Shown one piece after another: positions 25,126 through 35,130 of a DNA stretch of 64,000 nucleotides (its first letter is position 1; every line of letters starts with the position of its first letter). A model generated the notes under the pieces. The model ran no database searches. It saw nothing but the letters and a program-made list of their open reading frames with translations, and was not told where the DNA came from. Location: assembly GCF_001194135.2 (NCBI RefSeq), contig NC_068982.1, forward strand, positions 91,383,681 through 91,447,680. The letters run 5' to 3'. This DNA is from Octopus bimaculoides (Eukaryota). Both the position numbers and the translations under genes were made by a program.

Positions 25126-25392
25126 CTTTTACTTGTTTCAATCATTTGAATGCAGCCATGCTGGGGCATTACCTTAAAGGGTTTTAGTCAAACAAATCAA
25201 TCCCAGGATTTTTTTTTTTTCTTTTAAGCCAAGTACTTTATCGGTCTGTTTTGCCAAACTACTAAGTTACAGGGACATAAACACACTGATACCAGTTGTC
25301 AAGCAATGGTATGTGACATACACAGTGGGACTAAATCCGGAACCATGTGATTGGGAAGCAAGCTTCATATCACACAGCCACGTCTGCACCTA
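25126..25392 (-). mobile_element. Family A SINE, internally deleted
   Basis: Head on - is taggtgcagacgtggctgtg...ggttccggatttagtccc; tail on - is gcatggctgcattc...gaaacaagtaaaag. Confidence 0.75.
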
Positions 25393-25412
25393 AATATATA
25401 TATATATATATA

Positions 25413-26508
25413 TGTAGTGAAACTACCTATCGCCATTATATACAAACAAACCATCTTCTCCCACTGTTATAAATATATTCAAGTTCGGGTGTAGTAGAGA
25501 GCAGCCTACTGTATCCATCACGTGACTGATTATTATTTGAAGCGGCAACTGCCTCGTACCGTTCCCGCCAGAACGCAAACTGACCAATCACAGCCCCTAA
25601 TAAGGTCATGTGATAGTGTTTTTCTAATGCTTTTCTGGAGCCCCTATTTTACTATAAATAGACTAAATTATCCCCGCCAATTCGTCGCGCCTCAGATCTC
25701 CTTTGAGATCTGGCCGGCGTTGACCACATACGCGTAACACAGCAGCAACCAGTTTCCAGCGACGACATCAACACCATCGTACAACTACGAACTACAAGCA
25801 TCGCCACCGACGTCGCCAGCAGCAACACGATACTACGACTACCAGCATCGCCGCCAGCGTCAACACGACACTACGACTACCAGCGTCCCCAACAGCGTCA
25901 ACATGACTCTACACGTACACAAGCTACCAACAGCTAACTGCAGAACTTCTAACCCTGTTTGTGTGATTCATTTCGCCACAAAATAACAACCAGAATTTAG
26001 CCTGCAAAGGACATCTGTATTCAAGAACCCGGCTTGGCATAGAAGCCACAACATCACAACTAGTGATCGCTCTGCCCCACACGCCTTAACTTCTTATACA
26101 GACACTTACCTCGGTGTACTCTAAGAACTGGTATATTAAATCCTTATACGTGTTACTGACTCATATTCAATACTGTGTATCTCTCGTACCCACATACATG
26201 TATTACTTACACACACTCTTTTCTTTACATGACGGCCAGTCTTTTATTGTGTTTCATTATGTCGCATTCACACTCACACACAGACATACATTTTAATGCT
26301 ACAATAAATCTTACTGTTATTCATCTTTATCGGCTGTGTCCTATCTTGTACCTTACTGGCATTTACGAATTGTCTATGTTATTGAAGTATAACATATATA
26401 TATCATTTGATATATTTTGTGTTCGACCGTGTGACGCGTATAATAAAGGAGCCCTGTTTTTCCATTCGTCACCATTTCTCCTTTTGGGTTCGCATGGTCG
26501 TTCTTATA
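25413..26508 (+). mobile_element. Probable solo LTR inserted in a (TA)n tract
   Basis: Starts TGTAG and ends ...TTCTTA(T)A with (TA)n on both sides. CpG-rich; CCAAT at 25584, TATAAATA at 25653-25660, AATAAA at 26303 and 26442. No coding region. Confidence 0.6.
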
Positions 26509-27829
26509 TATATATATATATTCATAAAGTTTTGAAAATTTATAAGTTACTTGTTACTTATGCCAATCTGAGGGACTGGTCTAATGTAGTGATGGCTAAA
26601 ATGGATGTGTATACCCCATAGTAAAGTTTAGTATGAAAAATAAATACTGCCAACTCATCAGTAATTTTATGTAACAGTTTAAGTAATTGTTCTCATTACT
26701 AGATATCAAAACTAGGTAGACTTAAGGAAACAGTTATTGTACTTGTTTCTAAGTATATATTTTTAAAACTGTTCTCTTCCATGCTAATGTATTTAAAAAA
26801 ATTTAACTTTACAAGCAGTTTGATACTTATGTGCAAAGTTCATGATGCATGGTTGTGAGATGTGAGTACTAAATGCAGACATTATGTGAAAACTAGAATG
26901 AAATTAAGGAAGCAGTCTCTGCTAGATGAGTCAGCTCTATGCAAATGAGAGCATGGGTGAACTCTGAGAAAATGAGCATAGATGTGATGTCTGTGCAATG
27001 TTCTGTATTACAGTGTCATTAAGGATGACAGCTGGATTAAGAAGAGTTAAGTAAAAAACTGGAAGTGATGGTGATCACAAGATGTTAAAGTTCATGAAAG
27101 AGATAAGGAACAAGTGTTGGAATAGATTCATCCAATCCATGCCAGTTAAGTAAAACACTTAAAATTATCAAGTGACAGATTAGAATCATTAATGCTGAAC
27201 AAAATACCTATTTTTTTTCTGGCTCTTTACACCGAGCTCAAATCCTGACAAGGTCACTTTGCTTTTCATCTGTCCAGATTTGATAAAATAAAGTACTAGC
27301 AAATGAAATTAACACATAAGGGATGACTGGGTGTTTCTAGCAGATGACTATACATCTACATCAGCTCTGTGGATGGACGAAGATAGAACAATACCATAAA
27401 AATGCAGGCTCAAGAACAAAGAAGGGTAGCAGACAGCTTGACATCAGGTGTATTTAGCAAGATGTGTAGAAAGGTTTGTCAATGTTCTGGATTGTGTTAG
27501 TGTAAATCAGAAGGTTGGGGTATAATGATAGTGGAGCACTTGTCCTCACAGATTCCAAGAAGAAATGAGATATGGAAAGGCTGAGATACTGAAAAATATC
27601 TGATGTAAAGCACACATAGTGAATCAGTACAGCAACCTGCAGTCTTTAATAAGCATAGCAGCAGTATCAACAACAATAAGAGCAAAGAAGATGCTCTAAA
27701 AAGGAGCAACATCAAATTGAAGGACTAAATTGTGAAAGATTAAGTTAGGATAAGAAATCACTGATAATCTTGGCTTAGCTGTGAACTTTTTCTGTTGTCT
27801 CACCAAGAGCAAGTCATTTACAATCTAAC

Positions 27830-28560
27830 ATTCATTGATCTAGGGATACCGTTTGACAGGGTACCATGCTTGTAGTCTGATGGTCGCTATGAAAACTGGG
27901 CATAGATGAATTGCAGAAATATCAGCAAGGTGAAAGCAAAGAAATAGGCACAGGAGTAGGTGTCCATCAGTTCTCAGCTTCCTCCAGGTTATAAAAGAGT
28001 TTAAATAGATTTCCTGTGGAAACTTAAATACACCAATGAGTTGATGTTTACAGCCAAATATGTTGAATTAGTGTAGAAATTCCAAACATAAGAAAGTCTA
28101 GAATGAAGATTTTAATAAGCTTAGTAAAATACAAGTTCTAGTAAACAGGGAAAGAAGTCACGGAATCTACTGCAATCTGAGAAGTGGCTATACTTGATAT
28201 ACAATAAAATGGCAGGTAGGGATTTCATGTGTACCTGATGTAAATTACAGATGAAAAAGAGATGTAGTGTGATCAGAGAACTTAGTATGTAGCAAATGTA
28301 CAAAAGTAGATGTGAGAATACCCATGAAATGAATTCTTCCAAATTCTCAGAGGATTTGCTAGAAATAGTTGACAGCTTCTGTCCCCTACCCCTTCTATTT
28401 AGCAGTGGACATATGTACTGTAAAATTAGAGAACAGTTCCCAACAGAGATGAAAGCCTCCTGGACATTTTTTTTTCTACTCAAGAGGAATCTCCAAGTGA
28501 AGGGCTGATTATATGGTATATGTGTATGAAATATATTGCATAGTTATGGAACATGATCAT
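27830..28560 (+). mobile_element. Highly degraded RTE RT fragments
   Basis: Translates to FDRVPC, IVDSFC and related RTE RT motifs with many disablements. Confidence 0.55.
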
Positions 28561-28758
28561 TATATGATGAATGTGAACGCCAAATAAAAATGAAATGAGC
28601 ATACTCTCCTGGGTTTGTAATTCTAGCATTGTAGCACATAGACTTCCTCAAATTTGAACTAGGAATATTTAAATTTGAAAGTCAAACCACTGGTGAATAG
28701 TATTACTATATATGTTGACCAGAGATAATTGCCAGTAGCAATTAATATTACTATATTT

Positions 28759-28973
28759 CATAAGGTGGCAAGATGGAAGAATTGTTAGCATACTGGGCAA
28801 AATGCTACTGGCATTTCATTTGTCTTTATGTTCTGAGTTCAGATACTCCTGGGGTTGAATTTACCTTTCATTCTTTCAAGGTTGATGAAATGAGTACCAG
28901 TTTATCACTAGGGTCAATGTAATCCACTTACCACTACCCCCAAATTTCTGGCCTTGTGCCAAAATTTGAAACC
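28759..28973 (+). mobile_element. Family B SINE with 15-bp TSD
   Basis: TSD aatattactatattt at 28744-28758 and 28974-28988; head taaggtggcaagatggaagaattgttagc, B box gagttcagatac. Confidence 0.85.
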
Positions 28974-31078
28974 AATATTACTATATTTAGTAAAATTGAC
29001 AAGTTAATTTTGACTATAATACTGTGAACATTATACCTCACCTATTGACACTTTTGCCAGTCATTCACCTTTTGACATCAATTTGGAATATTTTAGAACT
29101 TATAAATACACCAGAATGAGCTATTTTTATAGCATATCAGGAAAGCTATTTTTATTACCACATTGTAGCATAATGGTGTTATAGCAAACTCCAGCCAACC
29201 AAGGCTGGGTGTGTATTAATACCAAAAGCAGTTCTCTGCCCAAGAAGAGAAGCAGGTGTTTTAATCAATTAGCAGAAAGACAGTTTATGAACAACATCAC
29301 TTCATCATGGGAACAGCCTCTTTGTTTTTCACATCAACTTCACACCGCTAACTCTGATCACATCATGAACATCTTATTTCTTACATGCCAACTTCGCTCC
29401 ACAAACTTCTAAATGCCATCAGCCCACAGCTCTGTCATATAATGAACAGTATGTTTTTGTTTATGCTAGCTCAGTTTCTGTTAACGTATGACTTCCAACT
29501 GAATCCATATTTCAAACGTAAGTCATAAAGCTTTCACTGACTCATGCACATACACCAGCTACACTCATATGACTTGTCAGCTCTCATTATCCCTTAATAA
29601 GTTAAAATGTTTTGTATAAAAATGCCTTCTGATATTCCATTACACATGCTTCTCAAAAGCTTTCACAGGACCTCTCTATAAACACTGTTACTAAAGTGGG
29701 TAATCTTTTACCAACATTTCCCCCTATACAGCTATAGGTTATGTGATTTAGACCCATGTTTAATCAGATAATTCTCAGTCCTTAACGTTCTCTCTAAGAG
29801 ATTATTTGTCTTGTAACCAGAGGTTGTGTTTCACATTATTTGTATGAGATATTTCAGCTCATATCTTTTGGCAATTTTTTTTACTTGTCAATTCACAAAC
29901 ATAACATGCATACAAAAAATTGTACATTATCTATATAAAAATGTTTGATGTTATTCATAAACACTAATGAAGATAATTCTTTCCCCTCACTTATTATTAA
30001 TGATCATTCAACATATTAATCATAACACAACCACAACTTATATGGATCATAGGACATAAACAAGCTGAGATTAAAACTGGTCATAAGCTTAGCATGCAGA
30101 GAGAAAACTGCACTGCTGCAGGTGGGATATCTATGATGAGTAGTAGTCAGGTTAAGTGTCAAATAATCCAAGTAGAAGTATTATGGCAGTTGTTTCCAAC
30201 TCCATTTTCAATCACATGTAAATCATAAGTTTATCTTGTATGCAAACTCCATTTCTGCTAATCTGAACATTTTGTTCATGTGATAATCTCTAGAACCTTC
30301 CTTCAACAAAACCTTAAATATAGCAACTTTTAGCACAAAAAGCAGAGAGAATTTGGATTTTGTTGAATCAGTCTCAAGTGAATTTTCTCTCTTATAGCTG
30401 CTTTCACAGCTTCATACTCAAACCAGCGCAATACTCCTAATAACTGTTTTCACAGCTTTATGCCCAATCTGGATAAAGGATCAACATATCACTATGTAAT
30501 TTCAGCAACATGAAAAATCAGCTTAATTATCAATTATCTGTTGAAGAACTTCAGCACCTCGAAACATAATGTTCATATAAGATTGACTCAGTCTGTATTG
30601 CATGTATCCTTGTAATAACAGCAAAAAATGATGTATATAAACTGACAAGTGTTTGTAATAACCATGCTACATTAACACTAATTTAACTACTGTTTAGACA
30701 CCAGTACCTGCTATAGGGTTTGTCTCCCCATCTTCTAATTTTCTGTATGCTTCTTTAATATCAATTTCATCATAAACAGGTTTTAATTTATTATATATGT
30801 CTAAAGATATAAGTTGCAACCCTTGAGCTAATGTTCATCTTACTGTATAACATAAATCCTGTTTTGTCACTTGGGAAAACCATATACTACCCAACTTTAA
30901 ATCGGAATCAGTCAAATTATGAATCATAGCCATCTGTAAAATTAGGGATGATATGCAGGTTGATTTAGATGTTAGCAATTTTTATCTTATTTTTATTTAA
31001 TTAATGTTTGTAAGGATACTAGGTGCTGTTGATTGATAATTAATTCAATACATTGCTGATATTTAATTCTGAATTGAT

Positions 31079-31151
31079 GACGATCCTGGCAGGATTTGAA
31101 CTCATAATTTAGCAAAGACGATCCTGGCAGGATTTGAACTCATAATTTAGC
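31079..31151. repeat. Tandem duplication of a 35-bp unit (period 38) containing a B-box-like motif
   Basis: gacgatcctggcaggatttgaactcataatttagc at 31079 and 31117; the reverse complement contains AGTTCAAATCC. Confidence 0.85.
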
Positions 31152-31208
31152 CCTTAGATATAGAGTTTGATGAAGTCACTTAACCCAGCACGGCTTTCTT
31201 ATTTTCTC

Positions 31209-31243
31209 GTTCAAATCCTCTCGCGAGAACCGGAAGTGCGCGC
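31209..31243 (+). promoter_or_regulatory. CpG-rich promoter of the ARL10-like gene
   Basis: GTTCAAATCC at 31209-31218, palindrome TCTCGCGAGA at 31219-31228, ETS motif CCGGAAGTG at 31230-31238; ~170-200 bp upstream of ATG 31411; CpG density is well above the surroundings. Confidence 0.72.
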
Positions 31244-31410
31244 TACCGTTCTTTTTAAGAATGTAACAATTGATCGACTTTTAAAGAATGCGTCAATGAA
31301 TTGGCTCGAATGAATGGAATAAGTACTTTTAATCGAAGCTCATTCTGACTATCGTTTGTTCCTCTTTCGTTCAGCAAGTGACTAATTTGCAAATCTCTCT
31401 CCGCTCGAAA

Positions 31411-31665
31411 ATGTGGAAAGGCATTCGGCCTTTCGTAGCTATGGTGATTACAGCCGGCTTGTCAATAGTAGCCGGTTACACTTTCTATGTCTTGAAGCGA
31501 CGAAGTCGCGGTGATAAGAAAGCAGACGAAATATGTTCTCTGCCTGAGAAACAAACCAGCGACAAGCCTGTCAAGAAGAAGGAAGTTGATGATGGCGACT
31601 CGGTGACCACTGTTAACAAGCAACTGCAATCTGAAGAACAAATAAAACAAAATGCCAGTGTAAAG
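31411..31665 (+). CDS. ARL10: ARL10-like exon 1 (MWKGIRPFVAMVITAGLSIVAGYTFYVLKRRS...ASVK)
   Basis: ATG at 31411, TM-like segment followed by basic KRRSR; donor AAG|gtaatt, phase 0. Confidence 0.82.
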
Positions 31666-34600
31666 GTAATTGAAATATTTCCAAGACAGCTATAATTTCT
31701 TAAACTGGCTTCCATTTCTGGCATCGTTCCAAGATATAGTTGCAACTTCGGTTTTGTTTATATATTGGTGGGCATAATATTTATTCATTTGTGTATATAT
31801 GTAAATAGCTGCTATTGTTTATCCACTAGGTCTGTCCAGACCGAGCAAACCTATGCTCAAAAGCGTTCGAACCGTGACCATCCCATCTTTTAGTATGTCT
31901 GTTATTTGCATTGTACACGACATTTAATTTCTTTAAGATAGTAGGGTTTGTTTTAAGGGTGATTTGGCTATTATTTCAGTGTCAGCGCAAAGGTTCTCCC
32001 GTCTAAATAGTAGTATAACTATGTTACCGGTTAAATTCTTGGTGAACAGCGACTGCCACTACATTCCAGTTTCTACGAAAAGCTTAAGCTTCACAATTTA
32101 CCATTTCTTTTCCTCCAGAAGCACCAGCTTCTTGCCTATATAAGCAAAAATCCCAAACGAAGCCGAAATCTTGCACATATACGTTAGTTTGTAAGAACTT
32201 CGTAAACTTCGCTGTGTATATTGCCAATACAACGATTGTTATAAGTAATTAAATATGCAGACACCATAGTGGAACTAGGTTTCTTAGCAGGAATGAAACG
32301 TATATCCAGGTAAACTTATGAAATAAAACACAAATATTTGTAAATAAAAATCAATTGATATCAATGCTGTGAAATGTAAATATTTTTATTTAGAATATGC
32401 AATGCTGGTTCGCTTAAGGTGAAATACTCCAGCTCGAGGTAAAATTCAACGCGAGCTAACTCTTGGTATGATGGTGACTTAACGTTCTAGCTTTAACTAC
32501 TATTATTGTAAATTCTAAGATTTTAAGGGATTAAGAGATCCGTATTTTAAAAACTCTATGACGTGCAAAGGGAGCTGTAGCTACTCTGAACCGGGCAAGC
32601 GACGGCGTAGATGCTTGGTCCCTATGAGAGAATTGTACTGTGCGTGTGCGCGCGCGCATTGCGGGTGTAGTGATGGAGTTCGGAATTAACTGACTTACTA
32701 TTTGCTGAATAACTGATTACTATTTGCAAACTTTTGCTTTCTTTTAGGAGAATGCATTGAATGGTACACGTTCCCCATGTCATTTTATTTAAAAAAACTG
32801 AAGCTTAATACTTATGTAAAAATGTCAAACATAAATTTTTATATATATATATATCGCAAGAGAGATAGGGGAAATGTTTGGAGAAATTGTAAACGGCAAG
32901 TATTACTGTTTAAAAGAAAGTAGAGATCGCTATTCACAAAAATTACATAGTTAATTAACACTATAGAGAGAAGAGAAAGGGAGAACTGGCAGACAGTCTG
33001 CTGCTATAGCAACAGTAGTTAAGCAACAACGTATTGGGTTGGAGGAGAATAATCGGTGACTATTACGGAAAGGCTATTTAAAATACCTTAATAGTAGCAG
33101 CGTACTTAGGAACTTTTGAGCTGGAGAGGACTGGCCCTGTTCCAGAAATATATTTCAGAAGCCTACCATAGAAAATAGATGTGTTGTCATTGTTAAATTA
33201 CCGTTCCACACCCACTTAATCAACCCAACAATAGAAGGAATTAATATTGTACTATGAAGTATTAGAACCTTTTCTACTCTAGACACAAGGCCCGAAATTT
33301 TGGGGGCGGGGGCCAGTCGATTAGATAGACTTCAGTACGCAACTGGTATTTAATTTGTCGACCCCGAAAGAATGAAAGGCAAAGTCGAGCTCGGCGGAAT
33401 TTGAACTCAGAACGTAGCGGCAGACGAATTACCTCTAAGCATTTCGCCCGGCGTGCTAACGTTTCTGCCAGCTCGTCGCCTTAAAGTATTAGAATAATTC
33501 TTGTAGTCATAACTAAAAAAAGCTCCAGATTGATATCGTATATATTTTTTATCTCTCGACTTCGAATTTCCCTTTCATCATTTTTTTATCAATCAAATAA
33601 AAGCCAGGGATATTCTGGAGCCGATGCAATCGAATGAATGAATGTATCTATGTATGTATGTATATATTTTTTGTGTGTGATTACCACAGGATTCTACACA
33701 TCCACATATTGCACATTAAATTGATATATATATAAACAATTGCAACGTGGAAGGTGTTTATAAGCCATTTAAGAAACACACAAAAATCGTTAGATTCACT
33801 TCAACATTTAAATTTAATTTGCCAAAATATTTTCGTCGCTTTGAGACCGCGACCTGTTCACTGACAAAACTCTGTGCAGCACAGAGTTTTGTCAGTGAAC
33901 AGGTCGCGGTCTCAAAGCGACGAAAATATTTTGGAAAATTAAATTTAAATGTTGAAGTGAATCTAACGGTTTTTGTGTGTTTCTTAAATGGCTTATAAAC
34001 ACCTTCCACGCTGCAATTGTTTTCGCTCCAGCACACGATCTCAGATCAGGTCACTTGCTATGCAAGTACATCTCCGTAATATATATATATATATTGGGTT
34101 GGCAAGAAAGTCCTTTCGTTTTTTTGCAGATAGTTACAAATTTTTGAATGACTTTTGTCAGTGTTATGATTTTTTCCTTTTGATAGTTGTTAGCTGTTAC
34201 TTTTAGTTTATTTAGAAGCAAGTTGCGCGTAATTTTGTTTACGGCTGTTAGTTCAGTATCAATTTTAACATGGAGTGCAAAAACGAACATTTTCGCCATA
34301 TTTTGCCTTTTTATTTCCGTAAAGGCAAGAAAGCTGCTGAGGCTCACAAAAAGATATGTGAAGTTTATGGTGTTGATTGCTTAACAGAACGCACATATCA
34401 GAAATGGTTTTAAAAAGTTTGCTCTGGAGATTTTTCACTCATAGATGACCAACGTTCTGGTTGACCTACTGAAGTTGATGATGATTCAATAAAAACAAAA
34501 TTGAATCTGGTTGTCCTATAACAGTGCAAGAGATTGCAGAGAAGTTAAATATGTAACACACAACAATCAAGTTAAGAAACTCGATATTTGGGAGATTCAC

Positions 34601-35096
34601 TAAACACAACGAATCAATATTTGTGATATGCATCTCAAATGCAATGAAATTGACCCTTTTTTTTAAAACAAATCATCACTGGTAATGAAAAATGGATTGT
34701 CTACAATATCATCAATCAAAAACGATCATGGTCCAAGTGTAATGAGCCAGCACAGACGACATTGAAAGCTGAATTGCATCAAAAAAATATCATGCTGTCA
34801 ATTTGGTGGGATTACAAAGATGTATTTTGAGCTGCTTCCAAGGAACCAAACGATCAATTCTGATGTTTACTGTCAACAACTAATAAAACTGGAAGTAATC
34901 AAAGAAAAAGGGCCAGAATTGGCAAATCATAAGCGAATCATGTTCCACCATGACAATACTAGACCACACATGTCTTTGCTAACTTGTGAAAAATTATTGG
35001 AGCTTGGTTAGGAAGTGATGTCACAGCCACTACCATATAGCCCTAACCTTGCACATTCATTCCACACTAAAAGACCAATATTACTTTCTTGCCAAC

Positions 35097-35130
<34 letters not shown>

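Larger units (their letters stand above)
33734..34080. mobile_element. Palindromic element (144-bp arms around nt 33878, plus a ~55-bp unpaired right extension); probable inverted Penelope-type pLTR pair
   Basis: Arms 33734-33877 and 33879-34022 differ at 3 positions; (TA)n on both flanks; each arm holds a hammerhead-like motif. Confidence 0.8.

Noticed and set aside
30060-30600. Possible very old mariner transposase on the - strand, or a divergent gene sharing the ARL10 promoter
   Set aside because: Only faint motif resemblance (GHKAVK, WKQLP) with many stops; no consistent exon chain found on - between 21k and 31k.
33747-34036. Two nearly identical ORFs on opposite strands
   Set aside because: A direct consequence of the DNA palindrome; no coding signal.
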